From an uncultured Anaerolineae bacterium (GTDB taxonomy: Bacteria; Chloroflexota; Anaerolineae; JACIWP01): DNA of 64,000 nucleotides. The translations under genes and the position numbers were made by a program. Position 1 is the stretch's first letter; each line of letters begins with the position of its first letter. Below the pieces are notes generated by a model, which saw only the letters and a program-made list of their open reading frames with translations, had not been told where the DNA came from and did not search any database. Positions 35,644 through 46,045 of this stretch are shown here, piece by piece. Location of the stretch: contig CALIBQ010000038.1 of assembly GCA_938049385.1 (NCBI GenBank), forward strand, positions 33,974 to 97,973, in the 5' to 3' direction.

Positions 35644-36915
35644 GTGTTCCTCGACGAGGTAAAGATATTCGTGCAGGGCGGCAAAGGCGGCGACGGCTGT
35701 GTCAGCTTTCGCCGCGAAAAATTTGTGCCCTTCGGCGGGCCGGACGGCGGCAAGGGGGGCAAAGGGGGTGATGTATACCTGGAGGTTGACCCCAACCTGA
35801 ACACCCTCCTCCATTTCAAGCACCGCATTCACTGGAAAGCGGAGCGCGGCCAGCACGGCCGCGGCAAGAACCAGACCGGTGCGCAGGGCGAGGACCTGAT
35901 CATCCCGGTGCCGCCGGGGACCGTGGTCTATGATGTGGTGACGGGTGCCCTGCTGGGGGACCTGACCCGGCCGGGACAGCGCCTGCTGGTGGCGCGCGGC
36001 GGCAGGGGCGGGCGCGGCAACGCCTCTTTCGCTACACCCACTAACCAGGCTCCCCGCATCGCCGAAAAGGGGGAGCCGGGGGAGGAGCGCTGGCTGAGGC
36101 TGGAGTTGAAGCTGATCGCGGACGTGGGCATCGTGGGGAAGCCCAACGCCGGCAAGTCCACTCTCCTCTCTGTGGTCAGCGCGGCGCGCCCCAAGATCGC
36201 CGACTATCCCTTCACCACGCTAGAGCCGCACCTGGGCGTGGTGGAAATGGACCACCGCACCTTCGTCATGGCCGATATCCCGGGCCTCATCGAAGGGGCG
36301 CACGCCGGCGCCGGCCTGGGCCATCAGTTCCTGCGCCATGTCGAGCGCACCCGTCTGCTGGTGCACCTGGTTGACGGCACATCCGACGATCCCCTGCGCG
36401 ATTTCGAGCAGATCAACCGCGAGCTGGCGCTCTTCAGCGAGAAGCTGGCGGCCAAGCCTCAGCTTGTGGTGTTGAATAAAATTGACGTGCCGGAGGCGCG
36501 CGCCAAATGGCCGGCTCTGCGCGCCGCATGGGAAGAGCGCGGCTACCGTGCCGTGGCCATCTCCGCCGCCACGCGCGAGAACGTGCCGGCACTAGTGCGG
36601 ACGCTGTTCGAAATGCTGGAGAGCCTGCCGCGCGAGGAGGTCGAGCCGGCCGAGGAAGTGCCGGTCTTCGGACTGCCGCCCGACGAGGGGCATTTCGAGA
36701 TCGAGCGCGAAGAAGATGGCTGGCGGGTGCGCGGTGTGGCCATTGAGCGCGCTGCCGTCATGACCCGCTGGGACCTGCACGAATCGGCTATGCGCTTCCA
36801 GCGCATCCTGGACGCCCTGGGCATCTCCCAGGCCCTGCGGGAGGCCGGCGTGCAGGACGGTGATACCGTGCGCATCGGTGATGTGGAGCTGGAGTGGCAG
36901 GAATGGCAGGAGTAG
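35644..36915 (+). CDS. obg: GTPase Obg
   Basis: ORF 35518..36915; start assigned to GTG 35644 ([18 protein letters not shown]); Obg-fold glycine-rich N-domain ([33 protein letters not shown]), G1 [10 protein letters not shown]3 [10 protein letters not shown]-terminal OCT domain. Confidence 0.9.
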   Translation: MFLDEVKIFVQGGKGGDGCVSFRREKFVPFGGPDGGKGGKGGDVYLEVDPNLNTLLHFKHRIHWKAERGQHGRGKNQTGAQGEDLIIPVPPGTVVYDVVTGALLGDLTRPGQRLLVARGGRGGRGNASFATPTNQAPRIAEKGEPGEERWLRLELKLIADVGIVGKPNAGKSTLLSVVSAARPKIADYPFTTLEPHLGVVEMDHRTFVMADIPGLIEGAHAGAGLGHQFLRHVERTRLLVHLVDGTSDDPLRDFEQINRELALFSEKLAAKPQLVVLNKIDVPEARAKWPALRAAWEERGYRAVAISAATRENVPALVRTLFEMLESLPREEVEPAEEVPVFGLPPDEGHFEIEREEDGWRVRGVAIERAAVMTRWDLHESAMRFQRILDALGISQALREAGVQDGDTVRIGDVELEWQEWQE

Positions 36916-37559
36916 CGGCCCGCCGGCTGGGCATTCTGGGCGGCACCTTCGATCCCGTGCACTTTGGGCATCTGCTTCTGGCGGAGCAGGCGCGCCAGGC
37001 ACTGGAGCTACAGCAGGTGCTCTTCGTGCCGGCCGGCGTGCCGCCCCACAAGCTCGACGAACCCCATACCCCCACAGAGCACCGCCTGCGCATGCTGGAA
37101 CTGGCGCTGGCCGACAATCCCGCCTTCGCCATCTCCCGTGTCGACGTGGACCGCCCCGGACCGCATTATTCGGTGGACATGGTGCGCCTTATTGGAGAAA
37201 CCCAGGCACCGGGGACGGAGCTGTTCTTCCTCATGGGGATGGATTCGCTGGCCAACATCTTAAGCTGGCACCGTCCTGACCTGCTCATCCAGCTCTGTCT
37301 GCTGGCGGTGGCCCGCCGGCCAGGCTATACCTGCGACCTGGACGAACTGGAGCATCAGCTCCCGGGCGTCCGCGCCCGCATCCGCTTCTTCGACATGCCC
37401 CTGATGGGAATCTCCGGTGAGGACCTCCGCCAGCGCATCCGCCTCGGGCGCTCTATCCGCTACCTGACCCCGGAGCCGGTGCGCCGCTACATCGAGGAGC
37501 ACGGCCTCTATCGAGCCTCAGCGCAGTACCAAGGCAATGCCGGCCAGTGTCACGACTAG
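36894..37559 (+). CDS. nadD: nicotinate-nucleotide adenylyltransferase
   Basis: [16 protein letters not shown] (HxGH nucleotidyltransferase motif), SRVDV...YSVDMV; overlaps obg stop, classic obg-nadD arrangement; start 36894 or 36903. Confidence 0.85.
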   Translation: MAGMAGVAARRLGILGGTFDPVHFGHLLLAEQARQALELQQVLFVPAGVPPHKLDEPHTPTEHRLRMLELALADNPAFAISRVDVDRPGPHYSVDMVRLIGETQAPGTELFFLMGMDSLANILSWHRPDLLIQLCLLAVARRPGYTCDLDELEHQLPGVRARIRFFDMPLMGISGEDLRQRIRLGRSIRYLTPEPVRRYIEEHGLYRASAQYQGNAGQCHD

Positions 37560-38375
37560 GCCGATGATGGCGGCCGGCCCCGGCATTTCCCCCAACACAA
37601 GGATTCCCAGCAACACCCCGCCGGTCACCTCCTGGGTGGTGATGAGATTGGCATAGGCGGCGTGGGTGTGCCGCACGGCGGCGTTGTAAAGTGTATGGCC
37701 GGCGGCCATGGGGATCAGCCCCAAACCGATGACCGCCAGCACTTGTGGCCATCCCGGCGCAGAATGCGTCGTCGCGATGGCCAGCGGTGCCAGCCATAAT
37801 GCCGCCAGGCCGTAGACCAGGCCGGCATAGGTGAACAAGGGGTAGCGCTCGCGCTGGGACCTGCCGGCGATGGTGTACAGGGCGAACATCACCGCCGAGG
37901 CCAGCGCCAGCAGGTCGCCGATGATCATCTGCCGGCTCATCTGCGGCTCGAACCCCACCATGATGCCCAGGCCGGCCAGCGTCACCAGCATGCCGGCGTA
38001 CTGCCGCGGTTGGAGCGGCTCGTTCAGGCGCCAAGCCGACAACAGCGCCACCCAGATGGGCGCCGTGTATACCAGCGTCAGGGCGTGCGCCAGGGTGGTG
38101 TACAGGATGGCGGCCACATAAAAGACAAAGTGCGCGGCGGTGATGGCTCCGTACGCGATGAAGCGGGGCCATTCAGCGCGCGCCGGCCAGCGGTGCTCCC
38201 GCCGCAGAAAGCCCAACAGCAGGATGGCCGCCGAACCGACCACCAGCCGGCCACAGCTTATCTGATAGGTCGAAAGCGGGGCAGACAGGCGCACCAGGAT
38301 GGCGCTGGTGGAGAAAAAGAAGACGGCGGCGATGGCGTACAGCAGGCCGATGCGATCGTGTCCCAAGGTGCGCAC
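37518..38375 (-). CDS. EamA/DMT-family transporter
   Basis: 285 aa, 10 TM helices in two EamA repeats. Confidence 0.8.
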   Translation of the reverse strand: MRTLGHDRIGLLYAIAAVFFFSTSAILVRLSAPLSTYQISCGRLVVGSAAILLLGFLRREHRWPARAEWPRFIAYGAITAAHFVFYVAAILYTTLAHALTLVYTAPIWVALLSAWRLNEPLQPRQYAGMLVTLAGLGIMVGFEPQMSRQMIIGDLLALASAVMFALYTIAGRSQRERYPLFTYAGLVYGLAALWLAPLAIATTHSAPGWPQVLAVIGLGLIPMAAGHTLYNAAVRHTHAAYANLITTQEVTGGVLLGILVLGEMPGPAAIIGLVVTLAGIALVLR

Positions 38376-38399
38376 CCCTGTGCTGATGAGGCGAGGCCG

Positions 38400-38702
38400 T
38401 TACGCGGAAGGGCTGGCCGCCGGCGTAGGGGCCAGGGCCGGCGCCGGCGCGCTCGGTGTTGGCGTGCCCGTGGGCGTGGCGGTGGGGGCGGCCGGCGTTT
38501 CCATCAGCACAGCCGCCGGCGTCGGGGTCGGCGTGGGCGTAGGCGGCTCCGGCTGGGGGAGCGCGATCAGCACGGCGCTGATGACCATGGCCAGCCCGAC
38601 GATGACGGACAGGACGATGAAGTAGGTTTGCCGGCGGTCCGGCTGGCGAGATGCCGGCTGTTTCGCTGGTGCGCGTTTCTTCGACGGACTGCGGCGGCTC
38701 AC
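38400..38702 (-). CDS. small membrane protein, Pro/Thr/Ala-rich C-terminus (hypothetical)
   Basis: basic N-terminus, one TM helix (YFIVLSVIVGLAMVISAVLIAL), then low-complexity PTPTPTPAA region; coding status uncertain. Confidence 0.35.
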   Translation of the reverse strand: MSRRSPSKKRAPAKQPASRQPDRRQTYFIVLSVIVGLAMVISAVLIALPQPEPPTPTPTPTPAAVLMETPAAPTATPTGTPTPSAPAPALAPTPAASPSA

Positions 38703-38919
38703 GTTTTCCTCCGGAACACAGCTCTGCGGATTTGACCGCTATTATACCACAAGGGAGTGTGCCGGAGCGAATTACCGGCGTGCTTGCGCCCTGCCGTTTC
38801 GGCAGCCGCGTGCGTAAATGGTCCTGCTTCTACTGCCGCCGGCCGTGCGAAGCGCTTGACGGCAGGAATAGGAACCATGTGTGGTCAAGATATCCTCGCG
38901 AGGGCAAGGATGGGGCACA

Positions 38920-38993
38920 GTACCCCCGGCGCGATTCGAACGCGCAACCAACTGCTTAGAAGGCAGCTGCTCTGTCCGTTGAGCTACGGGGGC
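38920..38993 (-). tRNA. tRNA-Arg (anticodon TCT)
   Basis: minus-strand RNA GCCCCCGTAGCTCAACGGACAGAGCAGCTGCCTTCTAAGCAGTTGGTTGCGCGTTCGAATCGCGCCGGGGGTA; anticodon loop CTTCTAA; A20 and C35 Arg identity elements present. Confidence 0.8.
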
Positions 38994-39174
38994 ACACTCA
39001 CTCTTCATTGTATCAGCCGGCCCCATTGTGTCAAATCTATACCCCCTAATTCCCCGTCATATGTCAACCACGAATTGACATTTATGCCCCATTGTATAAA
39101 ATACCTGCGGCACGCTCGCCGGCCCATCCCAGCATACCAGTGCCAGTATACCACTTCGCCGTTATGAGAGGTGT

Positions 39175-41577
39175 ATGATGAAACAGCCCATCGACTGGAA
39201 AGCCATGTTCACCCCTCTCGACGTCATGAATATCCCGGTTCCCGACACGTACCTGCGCCGCATCGCCGGCGTACAGCAAACCTCCGCCGGCCTGCTCCTT
39301 ACTGTGGAAACCGCCGCCGGCCAGCCCGTCCCTGTGCAACTCGACATCATTATGCCCGATGTCATCCGCCTGCGCATGAACCCGCAGGGCATCCGCCAGA
39401 CGAAAAGCGATATCCTGGTCCAGGAAAACTGGCCGGCCCTGGCGTTCGAGGTGCACGAGGCCCCAGAGCACATCACCCTGCTCACCGAACGCCTGCGGGT
39501 AGTGCTCCAGCGCTTCCCCTGGCAGTTGCGCGCCTATGACCGGCATGCGCCGGCCGACGCCGAACCTTTCTTCTCCGAGCGCATCAACGATCGCGCCTAC
39601 GGCTACGCCTACGAGGTTCTTCCCATCGGCTATCAGCAAGACGCCGGCGGCTTCATCAGCGTCCACGAAACTATTGCGCTCCATCCCGGTGAGGCGCTCT
39701 ACGGCTTCGGGGAGAAATTCACCCCGCTCAACAAGCGCGGCCAGGAAATGTATTCATGGGCCATAGACTGCGGCAATGTCAGCAGTTTCCGCTCGTACAA
39801 AAACGTGCCGTTCTTCACGAGCACCGCCGGCTACGGCCTCTTTATCCACACCTCCTTCCCTATCGTCTACCGCATGGGAAGTGAATCCAGCATCTCGTAC
39901 TCCTTTCACATCGCCGACAGCCAGCTCGATTATTTCCTCATCTACGGCCCGTCGCTGAAGCATATCCTCTCCCGCTACACCGAGCTGACCGGACGCGCGC
40001 CGGTCCCGCCCAAATGGTCCTTCGGGTTCTGGATATCGCGCTGTGGCTATAAATCCCGCCAGGAGGTCGAGGCCGTGGTGCGGGAGATGCGGGCGCGCGG
40101 CTTCCCCTGCGACGTGCTGAGCCTGGACCCGTGGTGGATGGGGGATGGGCCGTGGTGCACGTATGAATGGGACGAGGAGCGTTTTCCCCGGCCGGCCGAG
40201 ATGATGGCCGAACTGCGCCGGCAGGGCATCCGCACCTGCCTTTGGATCACCCCCTATATCCCTGCCGGCACCCCGCTCTACGAGGAAGGCCGGCAGAAGG
40301 GATACTTCCTGCGCCGGCCCGACGGGTCGGTCAGCCCCGTGCTGGAGACCTTCGCCGGCCGGGACTTGGCGGCGGTGGATTTCACCAATCCCGAAGCGGT
40401 GGAGTGGTTCCTCTCCAAACTGCGCCGGCTCCTGGATATGGGCGCGGCGGTATTCAAGACCGATTTCGGCGAACAAGCGCCGGCTGACGCCGTTTGTCAC
40501 GACGGCCGCTCCGGTCTGGAAATGCACAACCTGTATCCCCTGTTGTACAACCGCGCCGTGTTCGAGCTGACCCGTCAGTACTTCGGCCGCGGCCTGACCT
40601 GGGGGCGCTCCGCCTACGCCGGCTCCCAACGCTACCCTGTCCAATGGGGAGGCGACAGCTACAGCAGTCTGGACCAGATGGGCACCCAGCTCCTCGGCCT
40701 GCTCAGCTACGGCATGTCGGGCGTGCCTTTCTGCAGTCATGATGTCGGGGGGTTCGACTATCCCCCCGAAGCCTTCGACTACCCGCGCCAGGAGGAGTAC
40801 CCGCGCGACCCGGTGGTCTATGCGCGCTGGCTTCAGTTCGGCGTCTTCTCCTCTCACCTGCGCGCCCACGGCAAACAGCCGCGCGAGCCGTGGGAGTACG
40901 GGCCGGCGGTCGAGGCTATCGCTCACCGCTACCTCTCCCTGCGCTACCGCCTCCTGCCGTACATCTATTCGGAGGCCGTGCGCAGTGCCGATACCGGCCT
41001 GCCTATGGTGCGGCCGCTGGTACTGGAGCACCAGGACGAACGCTGTACCTGGAACATTGACCATGAATACTTGTTCGGGGAGAGCTTCTTGGTCGCGCCG
41101 GTCACCTCCCGCGACGGCCGGCTCGCCGTCTACCTGCCGGCCGGCACCTGGTTCGATTATTGGACCAAGTCTCCCCTCCAAGGCGGGCGCTGGATGGACA
41201 TCCAGGCTCCGCTGGATATCTTACCGCTGTGGGTGCGCGCCGGCAGTATCATCCCCATGGGTCCCGAGATGGAGTACGTGGACCAGAAACTGTGCGACCC
41301 ACTGACGCTGGAGCTGTACGGCCCGGAAGGGGAGAGCAGTTATGTGATATTCGACGAGGACCGCCCGTCTATTACCGTGCGGTACCAGCGCCGGCATGAC
41401 CAGCTCCTGGTGCAGGTGGACCCCGCGCCGGGAGAGGTCATCGTCATGCTGTACGGCGCCGCAGCGCGGCAGGCCTCGGTGAATGGCCGGCCGGCAGACC
41501 TTGAACCTCTGGCGCAAGGTCTGCAGGTGCGGGGCGACGGCCGGCGGGGCATTCAGCTCGTGCTGAAGCTGGCGTAG
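39175..41577 (+). CDS. glycoside hydrolase family 31 (YicI-like alpha-xylosidase/alpha-glucosidase)
   Basis: 800 aa; GH31 catalytic nucleophile motif FKTDFGE, conserved DVLSLDPWWM and GFWISRCGYKS regions; GAGAGG RBS. Confidence 0.9.
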   Translation: MMKQPIDWKAMFTPLDVMNIPVPDTYLRRIAGVQQTSAGLLLTVETAAGQPVPVQLDIIMPDVIRLRMNPQGIRQTKSDILVQENWPALAFEVHEAPEHITLLTERLRVVLQRFPWQLRAYDRHAPADAEPFFSERINDRAYGYAYEVLPIGYQQDAGGFISVHETIALHPGEALYGFGEKFTPLNKRGQEMYSWAIDCGNVSSFRSYKNVPFFTSTAGYGLFIHTSFPIVYRMGSESSISYSFHIADSQLDYFLIYGPSLKHILSRYTELTGRAPVPPKWSFGFWISRCGYKSRQEVEAVVREMRARGFPCDVLSLDPWWMGDGPWCTYEWDEERFPRPAEMMAELRRQGIRTCLWITPYIPAGTPLYEEGRQKGYFLRRPDGSVSPVLETFAGRDLAAVDFTNPEAVEWFLSKLRRLLDMGAAVFKTDFGEQAPADAVCHDGRSGLEMHNLYPLLYNRAVFELTRQYFGRGLTWGRSAYAGSQRYPVQWGGDSYSSLDQMGTQLLGLLSYGMSGVPFCSHDVGGFDYPPEAFDYPRQEEYPRDPVVYARWLQFGVFSSHLRAHGKQPREPWEYGPAVEAIAHRYLSLRYRLLPYIYSEAVRSADTGLPMVRPLVLEHQDERCTWNIDHEYLFGESFLVAPVTSRDGRLAVYLPAGTWFDYWTKSPLQGGRWMDIQAPLDILPLWVRAGSIIPMGPEMEYVDQKLCDPLTLELYGPEGESSYVIFDEDRPSITVRYQRRHDQLLVQVDPAPGEVIVMLYGAAARQASVNGRPADLEPLAQGLQVRGDGRRGIQLVLKLA

Positions 41578-41614
41578 CAAACGCAGCCAGGTGCTGTTTC
41601 GCCTGGTGCTTCTG

Positions 41615-41657
41615 CGCCGGCCTTCCCCTCCCCACGCACAGGGAGGGGAGGGCCGGC
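41615..41657. terminator. bidirectional GC hairpin between convergent GH31 and mgtE (GCCGGCCTTCCCCTCCCC-ACGCACA-GGGAGGGGAGGGCCGGC)
   Basis: ~17-bp stem read directly; same CCCTCCC...GGGAGGG family as the repeats upstream of obg. Confidence 0.55.
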
Positions 41658-41677
41658 TGTTATTGGACCCCTCCCCG

Positions 41678-43033
41678 TCAGATACCCAGGATCGCTTTGG
41701 CGATGCGGAAGTAAATGTACAGGCCGGTCGCATCCACCATGGTTGCCATGAACGGGCCGGAGACGATGGCCGGGTCAATCTTCAGCCGGGCGGCGATGAT
41801 GGGCAGGAGCGACCCCAGGCAGTTGGCCCAGAAGACGATCGCCACGGCGGCAGTGCCCACCGCGATGGCCAGCAGGGGATGTGAGGGATCCCAGGTAATC
41901 GCGCGGATAAAGGCGGCCGCCCCCATCATAAGCCCCAGGGAGAATCCGACTCGCGCCTCGTGCCAGAAGACGCGCAGAGCATCGCGGATGCGGATTTCAC
42001 CTGTGGCCAGGCCGCGGATGATGGTGGAGGTGGTCTGAGAGCCGGCATTGCCGCCCGTGCCGATCAGCAGTGGGATGAAGAACGAGAGCGCCACCACCGC
42101 CGCCAGCTCATGCTCGAAATGCCGCAGGACCGTGCCGGTAAACGTGTCCGCCACGAAGAGCAGGAACAGCCAGCCCATGCGCTTGCGCGCCACCTGGAAC
42201 ACCGAGGTATCCAGATAAGGCTTGTCCAGGGGCAGGGAGCCGCCAAAGCGCTCCATGTCCTCGCTCTGCTCATCTACGATGACGTCCACGATGTCGTCCA
42301 CGGTGATGACGCCGATGAGGTGGTTGCCGGCATCCACCACGGGCAGGGCGTACAGGTCATAGCGGCGCATCAAATGCGCGCACTGCTCCTGGTCCGCCTC
42401 CGCCGGCACACTGATCACATCGGTGGACATGATCTCGCCCAGGCGCTGGTCAGGGCCGGCTTTGATCAGCTCATACAGGCTGACAATCCCCTGCAGGCGG
42501 TCCTGGTTGTCCACGATAAAGAGATAATGCACCGCCTCTTCCTTTTCAGGGGACCACTGGCGCACCGCTTCCAGTGCCTGGCGCACCGTCATCCGCTCGC
42601 GCAGGGCCAGGAACTCAGAGGTCATCAGGCCGCCGGCGGTCTCATCTTTATGGAGCAGGAGCGGACGCACGTCATCCGCATCCCGCATGCGTGCCAGCAC
42701 CTCGCTGGCCTGCTCCGGCTCCATATCGCCCAGCAGGTCCGCCGCCTCATCCGTCTCCATCTCGTCCACGATGTCGGATAGGGTTTCCAGCGGCAGGCGC
42801 GCGGCGATCTCCGCCGCCTCCTCGTCTTCCAGTTCTTCGAGGATATCGGCGGCCTGTTCGGTTTCCAGTTGGGTCAGCAGGGCTTCCTGCTGGTCGGGTT
42901 CCAGTTCGCTGAGGATGTCCGCCTGATCAGGTGGGTACAGGCGTTCGATGATGTCGATCGCGCCGGCCAGGTCGTTGTGCTCCAGCCGGTCGCGCACGCG
43001 GTCCAGGATGGTATCCAGCACGCGCTGCTCCAT
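41678..43033 (-). CDS. mgtE: magnesium transporter MgtE
   Basis: ORF 41678..43087; start at MEQRVLD (ATG 43033, GGAGGA RBS); MgtE N-domain, tandem CBS, TM domain with GTGGNAGSQ. Confidence 0.9.
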   Translation of the reverse strand: MEQRVLDTILDRVRDRLEHNDLAGAIDIIERLYPPDQADILSELEPDQQEALLTQLETEQAADILEELEDEEAAEIAARLPLETLSDIVDEMETDEAADLLGDMEPEQASEVLARMRDADDVRPLLLHKDETAGGLMTSEFLALRERMTVRQALEAVRQWSPEKEEAVHYLFIVDNQDRLQGIVSLYELIKAGPDQRLGEIMSTDVISVPAEADQEQCAHLMRRYDLYALPVVDAGNHLIGVITVDDIVDVIVDEQSEDMERFGGSLPLDKPYLDTSVFQVARKRMGWLFLLFVADTFTGTVLRHFEHELAAVVALSFFIPLLIGTGGNAGSQTTSTIIRGLATGEIRIRDALRVFWHEARVGFSLGLMMGAAAFIRAITWDPSHPLLAIAVGTAAVAIVFWANCLGSLLPIIAARLKIDPAIVSGPFMATMVDATGLYIYFRIAKAILGI

Positions 43034-43282
43034 AGTCGTCCTCCTCTGTCTGCCAGGATGAATGTGGACGGAGGACGGTGGGTCCACCTTCTCCTGGCAC
43101 CGGAGGCCGAACAGCGCGTCAGAGGCTGGGGTCCATTACGGCGCGGAGAAGGTGGGCGCACCGCCCTTACGTGATGATGGGTCGTCTTCGGAAAGGGTAT
43201 TGGATTCTGGTACTGCGATCACGTTCATGGTTCTCCTTCTCCGCCGCAAAGTTGGTCTCATCAGGCCGGCCGGCAGGCAACA

Positions 43283-43310
43283 AAAAAGGCCACAGCACAG
43301 GCTGCGGCCT
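43283..43310 (-). terminator. minus-strand rho-independent terminator (GGCCGCAG-CCTGTG-CTGTGGCC + TTTTTT) upstream of the mgtE leader
   Basis: read on the reverse complement of 43283-43310; 8-bp stem (one G-U) followed by T6; no annotated minus-strand gene ends here. Confidence 0.5.
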
Positions 43311-43615
43311 CGCCCAGGGCAGGCGCGGACTGCACCCGGCAGTCCGGCTCCCGCCTACGGCAGGTCGAGCTGTCCTGTCACAGCCAAGCCTCGCTTGTCA
43401 AAGTGGTTCATCCACCCACTGCCAGTCATCCCTATATGGGGACGACTGTCATCACTGCTGGAAGCCTTCAACGTCGTCATACTCCATCGGTTGCGAACAG
43501 TTCCGCCGGCCCCTTGTTTCGTCCGCCGGCACATCCACCTACGCTGTCATTTCGAAAGCCATCCCAAAACTATGCTAAATGTACCACGCGCGGGTGAGAA
43601 TGTCAACTTTTTGTC

Positions 43616-43755
43616 AGGAGGATGTGGAAAAGGCCAAGATTTGCGGGTATTGGCTCACTGCCTGGCAGTTAAAACGGCGGGCCTGCGCCGGCTTCGCGAA
43701 ACCTGCGCAGGCGGGCTTCGCAGTTATTGCCGTGGCTTCAGCCGCCAGACCATGG
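43616..43755. repeat. MITE-like repeat copy (inverted orientation; right end degenerate)
   Basis: GAGGATGTGGAAAAGGCC...GGTATTGGCTCACTGCCTGGCAGTTAAAACGGCGGGCCTGCGCCGGCTTCGCGAAACCTGCGCAGGCGGGCTTCGCAGTTATTGCCGTGGCTTCAGCCGCCAG. Confidence 0.65.
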
Positions 43756-43923
43756 CGCGCACTGATATATAACTGGCATACTTGACATCGGCATTGAAAT
43801 ATGATACTTTGTAATTAGCGCGCAGGCGCTTTTCTTTTGCGGCCCGCTGCATACATTCGATATACCAGCGTTACGCACGCCGGCCGCCTATCATTTTTCT
43901 GCCCCAAAAAGGAGGAAGGAAAC

Positions 43924-45342
43924 ATGCTACAACGATTTGTGGAGTTTCTGACCCCAGCAGATGTAACGCGCATCCATGAGCAGTCCATGCGCCTGCTGGA
44001 AGAAGTGGGGGTGGAAATGCCGGTGGAGGCGGCGCGCGAGGCGCTCCGCCAGCGCGGCGCGCGGGTCGAGGGCACGCGCGTCCACCTGCCCCGCCGGCTG
44101 GTGGAAGAAAGCATCCGCCTGGCCCCCTCCCGCTTCACCATTCACGCCCGCAACCCGCAGAAAGACGTGGTGGTCGGCGGCGGCAGTTCCGTCTTCGCGC
44201 CAGGTTACGGCGCACCGTTCCTGATGGATTACGAGAAGGGCCAGCGCCACGCCACTATGGAGGATTACCAGAACCTGGTGCGCATCATTGACGCACTGCC
44301 CAACCTCGACCTTTCCGGGCACCTGTTGGTGGAGCCGCACGACGTGCCGGCCGGCAGTGCTCACCTCCATATGCTCATGGCGCACCTGCGCTACTCCGAC
44401 AAGCCCTTCATCGCCTCCAGCAACGGACAAAAGGGCGCCGAGGCCACGCTGGACATGGCCGGCATCGTGTTTGGCAGTCGCGACGCCCTGCGCAATAAGC
44501 CGGTCACCATCGCGCTCATCAACACCCTCAGTCCCCTGAGCTTCGCCACGGAAATGCTGGAAGCATTGATGGCCTTCGCCGAATGGGGTCAGCCTGTGGT
44601 CATCGCCAGCATGGCGCAGGCCGGCGCCACCGCCCCCGTCACCCTGGCCGGCATGATCGCCCAGATCAACGCCGAAATCCTCAGCGGCGTCGTCCTTGCC
44701 CAGGCCATCAATCCGGGCACACCGGTCGTCTACGGCTCCACCAGCACCATCATGGACATGAACACCGCCGCGGCCGCCATCGGCAGTCCGGAATATTCCA
44801 TCCTGGTCGCCTGCCAGGCGCAGATGGGCCGCTTCTACGGCCTGCCCAGCCGCTCCGGCGGAAGCCTGACCGATTCGCAGGTGCCTGACGCCCAGGCCGG
44901 CCTGGAGTCTATGATGTCCCTGCTCACCACTGTCAACGCCGGCATTGACTTTGTCCTGCACGCCGCCGGCATTCTCGGCTCGTACCTCACCTTCTCCTAC
45001 GAGAAGCTGGTCATGGACCATGAAATCTGCGGTATGGTGCGGCGCTACCGCCAGGGTCTGCTGGTGGATGACGAGTCCCTGGCCTTCAGCACCATCGCCG
45101 CCGTGGGGCCGGGCGGCAACTTCCTGATGGAAGAGCACACCCTGCGCCACTTCCGCGGCGCCTTCTACATGCCGAAGCTGTGTAACCGCGATGCCCTGCC
45201 GGCCTGGCAGGAAAAGGGGTCCCTCGATATGGCTCAGCGCGCCCATCAGTACTGGCAGAGGGTCCTGCAGACCCATCAGCCGGCGGAGCCGGACGCCGCA
45301 GTCATCCGCGCCCTCGAGGCATACGTCGAGCGGCACTCCTGA
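43924..45342 (+). CDS. MttB-superfamily methyltransferase (non-pyrrolysine; glycine betaine/quaternary amine:corrinoid methyltransferase-like)
   Basis: ORF 43837..45342; start at MLQRFVEF (ATG 43924, AGGAGGAAGG RBS); full-length similarity to trimethylamine methyltransferase fold (TIM barrel) with no in-frame amber codon. Confidence 0.75.
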   Translation: MLQRFVEFLTPADVTRIHEQSMRLLEEVGVEMPVEAAREALRQRGARVEGTRVHLPRRLVEESIRLAPSRFTIHARNPQKDVVVGGGSSVFAPGYGAPFLMDYEKGQRHATMEDYQNLVRIIDALPNLDLSGHLLVEPHDVPAGSAHLHMLMAHLRYSDKPFIASSNGQKGAEATLDMAGIVFGSRDALRNKPVTIALINTLSPLSFATEMLEALMAFAEWGQPVVIASMAQAGATAPVTLAGMIAQINAEILSGVVLAQAINPGTPVVYGSTSTIMDMNTAAAAIGSPEYSILVACQAQMGRFYGLPSRSGGSLTDSQVPDAQAGLESMMSLLTTVNAGIDFVLHAAGILGSYLTFSYEKLVMDHEICGMVRRYRQGLLVDDESLAFSTIAAVGPGGNFLMEEHTLRHFRGAFYMPKLCNRDALPAWQEKGSLDMAQRAHQYWQRVLQTHQPAEPDAAVIRALEAYVERHS

Positions 45343-45383
45343 GGGATTCGCCCTGCACGTACCACACAACGGGAAGGGGGAGT

Positions 45384-46013
45384 ATGGCGCAAACCGCGAC
45401 CGAACGAGCCTACCGCACCATTCGCGAGAAGATCATCCGCCTGGAGTATGCCCCCGGCGAACTGCTGGTCGAATCCGGCCTGGCGGAGGAGCTGGGCACT
45501 GGCCGCACCCCGGTGCGCGAGGCCCTGAAAATGCTGGCCTGCGAGAACCTGGTGGTCATCATCCCCCAGCGCGGCATCTATGTCGCGGACATCAGCCTGA
45601 CCGACCTGCAGGAGATCGCGGAACTGCGCCTGGCGGTGGAAGGGCTGGCCGCGCAGTTGGCCGCCCAGCGCATCACACCCCAGCAGTTGGAACGGCTCCG
45701 CTCCCTGACCCATCAGCTCGCCCACACTGCCCCCGACGATGTAGAGAAGCTGATGGAGATTGACCGCCAATTTCATCTGACCGTGGCAGAGGCCGCCGGC
45801 AACAAGCATCTGGCCGACGTCATCGTCAGCCTGTACGACAAATCCCTGCGGCTCTGGCGGCTGGCACTGACCCGTGTGGGCGCGCTGGCCAGCTCCATTG
45901 AACGCCATGAGGAGCTCCTGGACGCGCTGGAATACGGCAACGCCGCCAAAGCGTCCGAGATCATGCAGGAGCATGTGCGCGATTTCCATCGGCGCATGCG
46001 TGAGGCGTTCTGA
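45384..46013 (+). CDS. GntR-family transcriptional regulator (FadR/FCD subfamily)
   Basis: N-terminal wHTH (LVESGLAEELGTGRTPVREALKML), C-terminal FCD helical domain. Confidence 0.85.
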   Translation: MAQTATERAYRTIREKIIRLEYAPGELLVESGLAEELGTGRTPVREALKMLACENLVVIIPQRGIYVADISLTDLQEIAELRLAVEGLAAQLAAQRITPQQLERLRSLTHQLAHTAPDDVEKLMEIDRQFHLTVAEAAGNKHLADVIVSLYDKSLRLWRLALTRVGALASSIERHEELLDALEYGNAAKASEIMQEHVRDFHRRMREAF

Positions 46014-46045
46014 ATACCATATTCCATCACATCGAGGAACGCGCC

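Noticed and set aside
38703-38919. Possible gene in the region between the small membrane ORF and tRNA-Arg(TCT)
   Set aside because: Only short overlapping low-complexity ORFs; no RBS or motif support
39754-41181. 475-aa minus-strand ORF opposite GH31 gene
   Set aside because: Antisense shadow ORF, no motifs
43034-43283. Confident M-box (ykoK) riboswitch call for mgtE leader
   Set aside because: Alternative pairings are visible but I could not recognise the conserved M-box core sequence from memory; left as an unclassified structured leader
43062-43772. 236-aa plus-strand ORF in the mgtE/mttB intergenic region
   Set aside because: Low-complexity Arg/Pro/Gly-rich translation spanning a terminator hairpin and a MITE-like repeat copy; more likely non-coding regulatory DNA
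43927-45369. 480-aa minus-strand ORF opposite the MttB-family gene
   Set aside because: Antisense shadow ORF; the plus-strand gene has strong RBS and family-wide similarity
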